Shown here: positions 53,100 to 63,400 of the stretch, piece by piece | Numbering within the stretch: position 1 is the stretch's first letter | How the letters are laid out: every line of letters starts with the position of its first letter | Source of the DNA: Candidatus Kaiserbacteria bacterium | Lineage (GTDB): Bacteria > Patescibacteriota > Minisyncoccia > Phycocordibacterales > UBA2100 | DNA: 64,000 nt | Reading direction: 5' to 3' | NCBI GenBank assembly: GCA_017134395.1 | Contig: CP070993.1 | Coordinates: 23,231-87,230, forward strand | Made by a program: the position numbers and the translations under genes | The notes under the pieces: model-generated | The model's database searches: none | Told to the model about the DNA's origin: nothing | Seen by the model: the letters and a program-made list of their open reading frames with translations, nothing else

Positions 53100-53669
53100 T
53101 TAGACTCCTTCTGGTGGACGTTCTTCGGTGTTGTATTCTAGCTCACTCTTATGCTCGGTTACCATATCAACACGCTCTAGGATGGAGTTTCGTACCTGGC
53201 TTGCATGCGGGATGCCTTCAATTAGGTAAAAAGCTGCTTCTGGTCCAGCTGTTTGTACTTGAAGGTTTCCAAAGCTAAAGAGGGTTGCAAAGAAGCCATG
53301 TGTTTCTACCTTTATATCTTGCACACGCTCAATACGAAGTGTAGAGACTTCTCTGCGAAACAAGTGGAGTTGATTGATATTGATAATCCGTTTATCAGTC
53401 ACTATCCAAATATCTAGGTAATAGTTGGTCCATATAGTAAATATCATCATCCAAATAACAAGAAGCCATACTGCTGTAAGGAAAGTGGCAAGTGCTGGGT
53501 GTACTGATATATAAGGAGCGAGAAATATAACGAGGATAAACGGGACTATTCCAACAAGGATTACAGGAAGGGCTTCAATCATTTGTACGAACCAATGCTT
53601 ACGTACCACAAGAAGCATTTTTTCATCTGGCTGCATGTGAATATTTTTCTGTAATACGATGTGCTTCAT
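53100..53669 (-). CDS. Membrane protein with a bacterial PH (bPH_2 / YdbS-YdbT-like) domain
   Basis: Two TM helices, then IWIVTDKRIININQLHLFRREVSTLRIERVQDIKVETHGFFATLFSFGNLQVQTAG, which has the DUF304/bPH_2 pattern. Confidence 0.55.
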   Translation of the reverse strand: MKHIVLQKNIHMQPDEKMLLVVRKHWFVQMIEALPVILVGIVPFILVIFLAPYISVHPALATFLTAVWLLVIWMMIFTIWTNYYLDIWIVTDKRIININQLHLFRREVSTLRIERVQDIKVETHGFFATLFSFGNLQVQTAGPEAAFYLIEGIPHASQVRNSILERVDMVTEHKSELEYNTEERPPEGV

Positions 53670-53671
53670 AC

Positions 53672-53905
53672 TTATAGTGAAATGAGAGTAAAGAAACTTG
53701 TGGTCATAAAGATAAGGAATACTACACTGAGTGTTACATATAGTATGGTTACACCAATTGCGGTTCGTGGGCGCATGCTAAATGAAAACCAGTGAAATAT
53801 TAGTACTGCACTATAGAGTAGAAAAATGACTACAATTCCATAAAAAAGTATTTCCCATAGAGAAGAATCAGTACTTGCTGCAGCTGCACTTGTGAAAATA
53901 TCCAT
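53672..53905 (-). CDS. Small 2-TM membrane protein; its stop abuts the start of the bPH_2 gene
   Basis: ATG chosen at MDIFTS; the listed start 53944 is TTG and overlaps the divergent SET gene. Confidence 0.4.
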   Translation of the reverse strand: MDIFTSAAAASTDSSLWEILFYGIVVIFLLYSAVLIFHWFSFSMRPRTAIGVTILYVTLSVVFLIFMTTSFFTLISL

Positions 53906-53929
53906 TGTGCTTATTATAGTACAGATTAT

Positions 53930-54322
53930 ATGAGTAAAGAACAAAAAAGTTTTAAAGTTAAGAGAGCAGCTGCGGGAATGGGGCTCGGACTTTTTGCATC
54001 ACGTCCAATAAAGAAAGGGGAGTTTATTGTGGAATACAAGGGAGAGCTAATTAGTGCAGCTGAAGCAGAAACACGTCTGACACGGTATCTTTTTGAAATT
54101 GATGACAACTACACTATTGATGGAGCAGCGAGGGACAATATTGCACGCTATATGAACCACCTATGTGATCCAAATGTGGAGGCAGAAATAGAAGCTGGCG
54201 AAATCAAGTTTTATGCACTAAAAGATATAGAAGAAGGAGATGAGTTAGGATACGATTACGGCGAAGAATATGTAGATGAATTCATCAAGCCATATGGCTG
54301 TAAATGCTCACATTGTAGTTAG
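53930..54322 (+). CDS. SET-domain protein (putative lysine methyltransferase), 130 aa
   Basis: GLGLFASRPIKKGEFIVEYKGELIS, ARYMNHLCDPN (the NHSC motif), ELGYDYG, and a C-terminal post-SET-like CKCSHCS. Confidence 0.75.
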   Translation: MSKEQKSFKVKRAAAGMGLGLFASRPIKKGEFIVEYKGELISAAEAETRLTRYLFEIDDNYTIDGAARDNIARYMNHLCDPNVEAEIEAGEIKFYALKDIEEGDELGYDYGEEYVDEFIKPYGCKCSHCS

Positions 54323-54408
54323 TTAAACAGAGGCAAAATTTCTTGAAACCTACATAAATACAATGTAAGGTGCTTGTTAGAATAGTGTCTTAACAACTGA
54401 ATAAAGGA

Positions 54409-55533
54409 GTGCTACAAATGTTGAAATCGAAAATAGTTTCGTCGCTTGATGCTTCCGGTATAACTGTTGGTGGCTATGGTAAGCACGATATTCATATCTG
54501 TGACGAGCGTACTTATAAAGCAATACTCAGAGGTACTCTTGGTATGGGTGAAGCGTACATGAATGGGTGGTGGTACGCGAACGATATTGATGCGTTCGTT
54601 TCGCATGCTGTTAAAAGCATGTTTGGCAGAAGTCTGTCTGCAACCAATCTCGTTAAGTTTGCACTACTGTCGCAAATAAGAAATGCACAAAGAGTAGCGC
54701 GTGCGTTCGCTGTTGCGGAAGAGCACTACGATCTTCATCCGGAGATTTACAGTGCGATGCTTGATGAGCGTATGACCTACACATGTGGGTACTATGGTCG
54801 AGGAGCCAAGACATTGGATCAAGCGCAGTTTGATAAGCTTGATCTTGTATGTGAGAAACTAGGTTTAAAACCTGGTGATCGGGTGCTTGATATAGGTTGC
54901 GGTTTCGGTTCATTCGCAGAGTTCGCAGCAAAAAATTACGACGTCAATGTCACAGGAGCAACAGTATCTGAAGGTCAATTAGTGGTTGCAAAGCAGCGCA
55001 CACAAGGGCTTCCAGTACAATATCTTTTACAAGATTACCGGAAACTCGACGGAGAGCAATTCGACCATATAGTTTCTATCGGTATGTTTGAAGCTGTTGG
55101 CTACAAAAACTACGTCGAATTTATGAAAGTGGCTGATCGAATGCTTAAGCCCGGAGGTACGTTCTTGCTTCACACGATCGGTATGGCTACTTCTGAAACT
55201 TGTGGGGACCCATGGTTCGATAAGTATATTTTCCCTAACGGGATGATGCCTTCACTTGCACAGATTACTAAAGCGATCGAAGGACGCTTCATTGTTGAAG
55301 ATTGGCACAGTTTTGGAGAAGATTACGATACAACACTCATGGAGTGGTGGAAAAACTTTAACCGTGCATGGCGCAGTGAATCGTTTACTCAAGAATACGA
55401 TGAGCGATTTTATCGCATGTGGAAGCTATATCTTCGCGGTAGTGCTGGACTCTTTCGAGCTCGACACTTGCAACTTTGGCAATTCGTATTTACACGGGGT
55501 GATGCTCCAAGTAAACGTGTAACCATTCGTTGA
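54409..55533 (+). CDS. cfa: cyclopropane-fatty-acyl-phospholipid synthase family SAM methyltransferase
   Basis: VLDIGCGFGSFA (SAM motif I), and HYDLHPEIYSAMLDERMTYTCGYY is typical of Cfa/mycolic-acid methyltransferases. Confidence 0.85.
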   Translation: MLQMLKSKIVSSLDASGITVGGYGKHDIHICDERTYKAILRGTLGMGEAYMNGWWYANDIDAFVSHAVKSMFGRSLSATNLVKFALLSQIRNAQRVARAFAVAEEHYDLHPEIYSAMLDERMTYTCGYYGRGAKTLDQAQFDKLDLVCEKLGLKPGDRVLDIGCGFGSFAEFAAKNYDVNVTGATVSEGQLVVAKQRTQGLPVQYLLQDYRKLDGEQFDHIVSIGMFEAVGYKNYVEFMKVADRMLKPGGTFLLHTIGMATSETCGDPWFDKYIFPNGMMPSLAQITKAIEGRFIVEDWHSFGEDYDTTLMEWWKNFNRAWRSESFTQEYDERFYRMWKLYLRGSAGLFRARHLQLWQFVFTRGDAPSKRVTIR

Positions 55534-55544
55534 GATCTGCAGTA

Positions 55545-55576
55545 CAATATTTAAAAGGCGACCTATTAGGCCGCCT
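55545..55576. terminator. Weak terminator-like hairpin with a T-run
   Basis: AAGGCG-ACCTATTAGGC-CGCCTTTTTTATTT. Confidence 0.45.
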
Positions 55577-55579
55577 TTT

Positions 55580-56092
55580 TTATTTGCATGAACCCCAAAG
55601 TCCAAATTTCTGCTCCTTTGATTTCTGCTCGAGTTCTTTCAGTGTCTCGCTAAGTGCGGTATCGGGGGGATATGCTTTAGCCACCGCATGGCCTTCATGT
55701 ACTAAAATTTCGTTAATTGATGTTTCTTCGTGAATTGAAGAAAGAGGGTCATCTATATATACATATCGCAGCAATCGTTCATATTTATCTACGTTAGAAA
55801 TATCAGCCACTAGTCGCACTTGTTTATTAAGAAGCAATTGCTGAGCTCGGGATTTTGATTCAATCGCGAAGCAGTCCGACTGAGTGCTGCTTGTTAATTC
55901 TGGCGCATCAATCCCGATAAGGCGAACCTTCTTGTCATTTGAAACAACTATAGTGTCTCCGTCTATAACATTTGTAACAGTTGTATACTCACCACCTAGA
56001 GTATGAGGCTCATTAATTGTTTGCGTTGTAGCAGCCCATAAGGCAAACGCAATAAGTGAAAGAAGGAATGCGATTATTATTCTCCATGCCAT
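55580..56092 (-). CDS. Secreted staphylococcal-nuclease (SNase/thermonuclease)-like nuclease
   Basis: Signal/TM MAWRIIIAFLLSLIAFALWA, then NVIDGDTIVVSNDKKVRLIGIDAPE (SNase motif). Start chosen at MAWRII; the listed 56176 overlaps the upstream gene. Confidence 0.7.
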   Translation of the reverse strand: MAWRIIIAFLLSLIAFALWAATTQTINEPHTLGGEYTTVTNVIDGDTIVVSNDKKVRLIGIDAPELTSSTQSDCFAIESKSRAQQLLLNKQVRLVADISNVDKYERLLRYVYIDDPLSSIHEETSINEILVHEGHAVAKAYPPDTALSETLKELEQKSKEQKFGLWGSCK

Positions 56093-56117
56093 GAGAGCAT
56101 TATACTGTGAATAACAT

Positions 56118-56879
56118 CTATTCTCTAATGCGCCACCCTGTTTGGAATATTTTCCACACAGAGAAGCCGAGAACAACTATTAGGGTAACTATAAGTGTCG
56201 CACCAGCTATTAAATTTGCATCATGAATACCTGTCATTGCATAACGTACGCCGTCTACAAAATAAAAGAATGGGTTTAATAGAGTTATTTTTTGAGCAAT
56301 AGGTGGGAGCATATCAAGAGTGTAGAACATTCCTCCTAAGAAAGAGAAAGGCATAATAATAAATGTGCTCAAGATGTTTAGTTGCTCAAAACTTTTTGCT
56401 ACAAGTCCAGTAATTATTCCAAGAAGACCAAATATTATTGATATACCAAGTATGTAGAAAATAAATAAAGGAAGACTATACATACTTACAGCACCAAAGA
56501 GCATTCCAACCAGCAAGATAACCACTCCCACAGTAAGTGCACGAGCAACGGCGCTCAGTACTGTTCCAAACATTATCTCAAAGTAAGAAAGTGGAGATAC
56601 TAGTAACTCCTCAATTGTGCGAGCCCATTTTGCAAAGTATACGTTGCTAGAAGCCTGAGAGAACGATGAGGTAAGTACGTTCATTATTAAAATACCTGGG
56701 AAAACGAAAATAATGTACGAAACACCACCAATTTCATCAATTCGTGCACCAACAACCGATCCAAATACGAACACAAATAGTGTGGCAGAAATAAGTGGAC
56801 TAAAGATAGTTTGAACAACAACACGAAATGTTCGTTCGATCTCTCGGCGCATCAATGTATATAATCCTACCCAGTTCAT
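56118..56879 (-). CDS. ABC-2 type transporter permease
   Basis: 253 aa, 6 TM, typical ABC-2 exporter permease architecture. Overlaps the ATPase gene by 4 nt. Confidence 0.75.
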   Translation of the reverse strand: MNWVGLYTLMRREIERTFRVVVQTIFSPLISATLFVFVFGSVVGARIDEIGGVSYIIFVFPGILIMNVLTSSFSQASSNVYFAKWARTIEELLVSPLSYFEIMFGTVLSAVARALTVGVVILLVGMLFGAVSMYSLPLFIFYILGISIIFGLLGIITGLVAKSFEQLNILSTFIIMPFSFLGGMFYTLDMLPPIAQKITLLNPFFYFVDGVRYAMTGIHDANLIAGATLIVTLIVVLGFSVWKIFQTGWRIRE

Positions 56880-57610
56880 ACAACATCTTTTTTACCCGTT
56901 AATTCAAGATAGACATCTTCAAGTTTTTTACCACCTGCAAGCATCTTTTCTTTTGAACCTTGCGCAATTATTTTTCCGTCGGAAATAAATGCGAATCGGT
57001 CGGCTAGAAGCTCGACTTCTTCAAGGTAATGAGAAGTAAGAACAATTGTTTTACCTTCTTTGGAGAGCTGTTGCAGGTAGCTCCAAAGTTCTCGTCGTAA
57101 TTCAACGTCCACTCCTGCAGTCGGCTCATCTAGAATAAGAAGCTCAGGATCGTGTACAAGTGCACGCGCAAGAATAACTCGACGTTTCAAGCCGCCAGAA
57201 AGATCCATAAATGGTTTATTGCGATGTTTCTGTAAGTCGAATTGTGTGAGCAGTTCTTCAATACGTTCTTTTCGTTGAGAGGCTCTCATTCCATAATATC
57301 CAGCTGCGTAGTCTAGAAGCTTATCTACCTTTCCAAAGATGTCGATATTAAATTCCTGAGGAGCTATGCCAAGTGTCTTTCGCGATTCGCGGTAATCTTT
57401 TTCTACGTCTAATCCGAAAGTCTTAATGGTTCCGCTGGTGATTTTATTCACACCAACTATACAATTGATAGTTGTCGATTTTCCTGCACCGTTTGGACCA
57501 AGAAGTCCCAAGAAAGCACCCTTCGGAACAGTAAGAGAAAGGTCATTTACAGCGACAGTGTCCCCGTATGATTTATGTAAATTAGTTATCTCCAGTGCTA
57601 GTGTTTCCAT
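56876..57610 (-). CDS. ABC transporter ATP-binding protein
   Basis: Walker A GPNGAGKST, signature LSGGLKRR and Walker B LLILDEPT. Confidence 0.85.
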   Translation of the reverse strand: METLALEITNLHKSYGDTVAVNDLSLTVPKGAFLGLLGPNGAGKSTTINCIVGVNKITSGTIKTFGLDVEKDYRESRKTLGIAPQEFNIDIFGKVDKLLDYAAGYYGMRASQRKERIEELLTQFDLQKHRNKPFMDLSGGLKRRVILARALVHDPELLILDEPTAGVDVELRRELWSYLQQLSKEGKTIVLTSHYLEEVELLADRFAFISDGKIIAQGSKEKMLAGGKKLEDVYLELTGKKDVV

Positions 57611-57630
57611 GATGCGGCAGTATATCATAC

Positions 57631-58017
57631 ATGCTATTGTTTAGACGGTTTTCACGTGTGGTTTGTTTGCAGAGTTTTAGTATGCAGCAATCGAGTCGAA
57701 CTGGAGACATACTACTAGCAACAAATCATTTCAAAATGAACGACGAAAGAAAAATGTTCACCGGTGATTGGAAATGTGGTGGATGTGGAGCTGCAATTAC
57801 AGAGCTTCCATTCCAGCCAGATCCAGCACGAGAGGGTTCACTTATGTGCCGCGACTGTCACAAGAAGCGCCAGAGTGATAGCCCAGCCGGTGGAAGCGAC
57901 CGTCAGATGTTTGAAGGTAACTGGTCATGTGCTGATTGTGGAGGAGCTATAACAAGCTTGCCATTTGAACCACGAGACACTGGCAACCTTAAATGTCGCG
58001 ATTGTTTCCGTAAATAA
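57631..58017 (+). CDS. Tandem zinc-ribbon protein (two W-x-C-x2-C-G-x-A-I-T-x-L-P-F-x-P...C-R-D-C modules)
   Basis: FTGDWKCGGCGAAITELPFQPDPAREGSLMCRDC and FEGNWSCADCGGAITSLPFEPRDTGNLKCRDC. The true start may be an internal Met (57685 or 57739). Confidence 0.5.
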   Translation: MLLFRRFSRVVCLQSFSMQQSSRTGDILLATNHFKMNDERKMFTGDWKCGGCGAAITELPFQPDPAREGSLMCRDCHKKRQSDSPAGGSDRQMFEGNWSCADCGGAITSLPFEPRDTGNLKCRDCFRK

Positions 58018-58020
58018 TTT

Positions 58021-58048
58021 AAAACGCCTCACGAGAGTGAGGCGTTTT
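58021..58048 (+). terminator. Rho-independent terminator
   Basis: AAAACGCCTCAC-GAGA-GTGAGGCGTTTT. Confidence 0.7.
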
Positions 58049-58088
58049 AAATTGTGCACTCGGTACGCGCAGACTATACTATTTTTAT

Positions 58089-58754
58089 ATGAACATATCT
58101 GTACTAAGTAAGGGGTGGCAAAAGCATCTTGCTGAAGAATCTAGCGAGTCATATTACAAAGAACTTACTGCGTTTGTGAATTCTGAATATAGTAATGCAG
58201 AAGTGTATCCGGACGAGGAAAATATATTTCGCTCACTTGACCTCTGTCCTTTTGAAAAAGTGAAAGTAGTAATACTCGGACAAGATCCTTACCATGGTGA
58301 TGGGCAAGCTAACGGTCTTTGTTTTGCGGTAAATGAAAATGTTAAATCGCCACCATCGCTTAGGAATATATTCAAAGAACTAGAGGGCGACCTCGGTAAG
58401 GAGGTCGAGAAAACAGGTGATTTAGAACGATGGGCGAAACAGGGAGTTTTACTATTAAACGCAACACTTACCGTTCGTGCATCTAAACCGGGAAGTCATC
58501 AAAAGAAGGGTTGGGAGGAGTTTACAGATAAAGTGATACAGAAACTTTCTGACGAGCGTAAAGGACTTGTATTTATATTGTGGGGGAACTACGCAAAAGA
58601 GAAGGGCAAGAATATTGATGTAAAAAAACACCTTGTTTTAAGCGCACCACATCCTTCGCCATTTTCAGCACATTCAGGTTTTTTTGGGTGCAAGCATTTT
58701 AGTAAGACAAATGAATACCTAAAGACTAGAGGTAAAAAGGAAATAGACTGGTAG
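58089..58754 (+). CDS. ung: uracil-DNA glycosylase (family 1)
   Basis: GQDPYHG, LLLNATLTV and HPSPFS motifs. Confidence 0.9.
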   Translation: MNISVLSKGWQKHLAEESSESYYKELTAFVNSEYSNAEVYPDEENIFRSLDLCPFEKVKVVILGQDPYHGDGQANGLCFAVNENVKSPPSLRNIFKELEGDLGKEVEKTGDLERWAKQGVLLLNATLTVRASKPGSHQKKGWEEFTDKVIQKLSDERKGLVFILWGNYAKEKGKNIDVKKHLVLSAPHPSPFSAHSGFFGCKHFSKTNEYLKTRGKKEIDW

Positions 58755-58755
58755 G

Positions 58756-58971
58756 TTAGTCGATAGGGTGAGTATCTTCATTAGTACTCTCTCTTAGTAC
58801 TCGCTCTTCCTCGTTTCGTTGTTGTTCTCCAGAGACATACTTCCTCCAAATTTTTTCTTCATCTCTATTTCGTGCTCGTGTACGCCCGCCCTTTTTACGC
58901 ATGTTTTTGAGATGTTTTTCATCACCACGCTCCATTGCTTCGAGTACTTTTTTGGGAACCCCTTCTTTCAT
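58756..58971 (-). CDS. Small basic protein (71 aa), hypothetical
   Basis: ORF only; rich in R, K and E. No motif. Confidence 0.3.
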   Translation of the reverse strand: MKEGVPKKVLEAMERGDEKHLKNMRKKGGRTRARNRDEEKIWRKYVSGEQQRNEEERVLRESTNEDTHPID

Positions 58972-59023
58972 AGTTAAATAATTGCATACACGCTAATAAT
59001 TTCAATGTGGTAGGATTTTCACT

Positions 59024-59233
59024 ATGGAAAACACAGAAAAAGAATTAACAATAAATCAGGTACTAGTTGAGATTGCAGGTATAGAGCAGCAGATTCTTAT
59101 GGGTCCTGCAGATTCTGAGTCAGATCAGTTACAAGCTATTCGTAGTGCATTAACTAGTGGAGAGATAACTCCTCGGGAAGCACTTCTGAAGGCTCGAAGA
59201 ATCGAACAAGAAAGATCATCACACTATCGTTAA
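59024..59233 (+). CDS. hypothetical protein (69 aa)
   Basis: ORF only. Confidence 0.3.
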   Translation: MENTEKELTINQVLVEIAGIEQQILMGPADSESDQLQAIRSALTSGEITPREALLKARRIEQERSSHYR

Positions 59234-60321
59234 AGTTCTTGTGAGCGTAATGTAGGCGTTCCTGATTGTGCTTCAAATACAGTACGTCCGATAAGTGCGC
59301 CACGCGCCGTTTCTACACTACAGCGCCACGTTCCGTCATCAACTTGTGAAGTTTGCGTGTATCCACGAAAGCCGTCTTTACGGCCACCAGTAATAGGGAA
59401 AGGTATCCGCGCTATGGTAGCCCAAGTCTCCGTTATCTCGTCATATTTTTCCCAGCGGTGTCGAATATCTGTCGCTAGTTTTGTTGGAGCGTATACGGAA
59501 GTGAAGCAAAAAGTAGTGGAATCTGATTCGTTATTGAACGAAGCACTCGTATCTTTCCAGAACTCGAACCATCGTGGAGCCTCGTATGTTGCAGCGTAGC
59601 TATTTCCAGTGCGCACAACAGAATGGTATATACCTATGTGTTTAAGAGACAATGGAACCGGTGGAATGAGATTCGAAAAATATAAACCGGAAAAAAGAAG
59701 AGTGATGGCGACTACTGTAATAATGATATTTCGTCGTGCTCTCTCGAACGATTCTTGAGTTACGTACGAAAGTAATTGAATATAAGCGTACGTTATCATT
59801 AGGGCGAGTAAGGCACTGGCTACAAAAACCATTGCGCCGATTCTGTTTAGGAGTATTGGTACAATAAGACCACTGTAAGTAAGAAGTAGCACAAACCAAA
59901 TGGTTACACGCACATGTGTGCGAGCGTAGCGTTTTCGGAATAACTCGTTACTCAGAAGAAGAAGGGCTAACATTCCGATAAAAATAGCACTTCCTGCAAA
60001 GGTGCCGCTGTGTGCGTACAAAATCATCAATCCGCTAGCAAGGTTACCAAAGCTGAATTGCAGAATGCTCAAAAGCACCAAGCGTTTATTGGTGCTTTCT
60101 GTATTTTTACGCGCCTGAAGCAGGAGCATTGTTATGGCGCTCAGGAGGAGGTATCCAATAATCACTATATTCTCAAATAGAGCGTCCGGTTGGTTTAGTG
60201 TAAGAAGGTCAAAAAAGAATCCAAATACTAGTGCAGCAGTTGGCACAAAAGGAAGGTATGACTTAAATTGTGTTGGAATGTACGAAGCGGGGAACATGTA
60301 AACGTATGCTAACACAAGCAT
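59230..60321 (-). CDS. Polytopic membrane protein (about 7 TM) with a C-terminal extracytoplasmic domain, hypothetical
   Basis: 363 aa; hydrophobic N-terminal two-thirds. Confidence 0.55.
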   Translation of the reverse strand: MLVLAYVYMFPASYIPTQFKSYLPFVPTAALVFGFFFDLLTLNQPDALFENIVIIGYLLLSAITMLLLQARKNTESTNKRLVLLSILQFSFGNLASGLMILYAHSGTFAGSAIFIGMLALLLLSNELFRKRYARTHVRVTIWFVLLLTYSGLIVPILLNRIGAMVFVASALLALMITYAYIQLLSYVTQESFERARRNIIITVVAITLLFSGLYFSNLIPPVPLSLKHIGIYHSVVRTGNSYAATYEAPRWFEFWKDTSASFNNESDSTTFCFTSVYAPTKLATDIRHRWEKYDEITETWATIARIPFPITGGRKDGFRGYTQTSQVDDGTWRCSVETARGALIGRTVFEAQSGTPTLRSQEL

Positions 60322-60418
60322 ACTTATACATGGTTATTTTATACCCAGTACGTTGTAGTTATGTCTTTTTATAATATGCATCATGCTAAAATGCATGTAA
60401 CGTAAATATGTATACATC

Positions 60419-63400
60419 ATGATGGCAAATTCAGAAAAACTAAGCACTGCTTCGACTGATTCAGTTGAAGCTGTTTCAGTTGCTCACCTGTCAGATACAC
60501 AGATTCTTGAAGCATTAAAAGGAAAGGGTCCATTGAAAGAGATTCTTGGTTTTGTGGAACAGATACCCAGAAGTGCAACTCCTGACATAATAATTTCAGA
60601 AGATGCATCAGAGGATATACTTAAGAAATTGTTAGAAAGTTCTAGTGCTGGCAGTTATGTTGAAGACAACAGAGAGAGAATTAAATCGGTTATTGAGCGT
60701 GCGTACGCATTGATAGCGTGGAAGCACATAGCACCACAGGGAGAGGAGATGATTAGTGTAAATGATGATAGCAAGCTGGGATATAAGCTATTTAAGGAAT
60801 TCGAAAACAAATTAAATAGTGCCCCGCTCGGCCAATCTGTTGCTCAAATTGCAGCTCTTGTAAGTACTCCAAAAGACACAACAAAAAAGAAGAAGGGTGT
60901 TGCGCCTGATGACCTTGATGCAGAAGGTGCAGAAAAGATGGGTAACCTCATTACAGCTATAAACAAGACAATGAAAGATGGTACGCCTGACGCTAAGCGT
61001 GTGGTTATAGATATGAAAGAGTGGGTACGTAAGTTGCCAGGAGGGACTCCTCGAGCAAATAGCAGAAAAGCTGCAGCTACTGAAGTGGCTGAACAAATGG
61101 ATAATGTGGTATCGCTTTTCGAAGAGGATTTAAGAAAAATGCCAAAGTATGTTCAGCAGAACATGGCACCACACAAACTTCTTGGAATACCGATTCCTTT
61201 TTTGCGCAGAGGGCAAGTCTTGGCTGGTAAGACAGGGGTAGCACGAGGTATCGAAATGGGTACTACCGTCATGGAAACAAGTTCTCTTGTTGCAGCGTCA
61301 TCTTTTATTCTTGCAGCAGCTATGGCTACTCCACTTACGATCACTCCAAGTAGTAACTTTACTGCATGGAGCGCCGCAGCTTTGGCCGCATTTACTGTCT
61401 TCGCGAGCCAGTCGTATATTTTTAAGCAGCAAAGTGAACAGGCATTAGTTGAGGCTAAAACTAAAATAGGTGCAATTGGGAAAGCTATCGCTGCACATCC
61501 TGTAAGTTATCCATTTAGAGGATTAGTTACTGGTGCTTCAACCTTCACCATCTTTCTGGCACTAGTAGGTGCAGATAGAAGTGTTGAGCGAGCACAAGAC
61601 ATAGCGGCACTTATTGAACCACATAGAGCTGCTATTGAAAATGAATTAAACCAGGTAACACAACAAACTCCGGGTAAGAGCGCTGCATCGAAGTTATTTA
61701 GTTGGATTTCTTCAATCGTTCCTTCTGGAATAGGAGATACTCAAGAATTTGCTCTTTTAAATGACGTAGCAGAGATTCCTACCGAATTACGACATAGAAT
61801 GGAAATTGCAGTACGTGCTGAAGCTGGTGATGCAGATGCGCAAGCACAGGCAAAAAATTGGGGTATCCCATATTCATCTACTGCTGGTCTAGGTCCCAAG
61901 GCGTTGTCACTCGCTGCACTAGTGGGTATCTCTGTAAACGATGCGGAAGCCTTGACTGGAAGTGAGGCCATGACCACAGGCGAAATAACGCCAGGAATTG
62001 CACAAACGCGCCAACAAATACGAGCCTTTGCAGAAAGACATGAATTAAATCTTACGGACGATCAGATGGAGAATCCTCAGTTTGTTATGAATGCTCTTGT
62101 AATGAAGTTTCAAAACAATGCACTAGGTATGTTTGAGGAGTTTGGGGAACAGCGTAGTGAACTAACAAGAGTCTTAAGATTAACAGCATCTATGAACATT
62201 TTGGACTCTTTGTATAGTACTTTTGCGAAATTCCAACCGCCTGTTGATCCTAAAGAAATACCGTACCGCTTAAATGCTCTCGAGAGTAACGCTGAAGATA
62301 TAGCTCAGCAATATAATGAACAACTTGCTAATCCAGCAGAGGAGCTTAGTCTTATTGTTGCAAATGGTTTTAAATCTATATACGGGAGAAATGTTAACGT
62401 AAGTGAAATATCAATTTCTCCACCACCACTTAATCTTGATTTCACCGAAATCAAAAAGTTAGCTAAAATTATTCAAGATGCTACGAATAATATAACAGCT
62501 GATGATGTTGAAGTCGGCGGATCAATGGATAATATGGAGGCTGAGTTAGAGAGCGACTTAAGTGACATTGATCAGAGAATAGAAAATGTTACTGACTTGC
62601 TGGATCCTAGAAACGAGATTGATGAAATTGTTGCTAGGAGATATGGATCTGATATAAGCGAAGAAGAACGACAATCTATGGTGGCATTCGAAATACTTAA
62701 GAACGCTACCTTGGCTCTCTCGATAGAATTTATAGCACTTCTAACTATGTTAGGAGCTGCAGCTGGGCGCTTGAAGGAGATGGAGAATGCTCATGGAAGT
62801 AAGCAGGTAGAGAGAATTGAGAAAGCAGAAGAAAAAATAGTACAAGCTTTCACAAAGCAGATAAATAAACAAATAGCAAAATATCGTCAAATCGTTAATC
62901 AGCAAAAAAAGAATGGGGTTGAACTTCCCTTTCCTTTTGAAGATGTAACTGATGTTGAAGTTAAGCGCGCATTACGTAGTGTAGGTCATAAAGAATTTGT
63001 GAAAATGGGGTTCATTGCAAAAGCAATCGCTCGGGGGCCGTTTTTAAGGAAGATTGATACAAGTAACAGGTATTCTGATTTCCTTTACGCACTTAAGTCA
63101 CCAAAGAATAGTGGTAAGGTAATAGACGAGCTGTTCCCAGGGTGGGGTGCTGTGCTCGGACACTTTAATAAAGTCGACGGTGCTGAAGACAAACGAAAGC
63201 ATAAGAAAGGTGAACGTTGGCTCAAGCCGAAAGAGATAAATCCATTGAAAGACAAGCGAGTATGCGAAATTGCTGTACTTACAGAGCAGAATCGACGATC
63301 TATTTCTAGTATCGAAGTACATGAAGTTCTACTTGAGAAACTTAAAGGGGGCATTTTTGGTAATCGCAGTATTCAAAACTCAACAGAATTATTACCTCAT

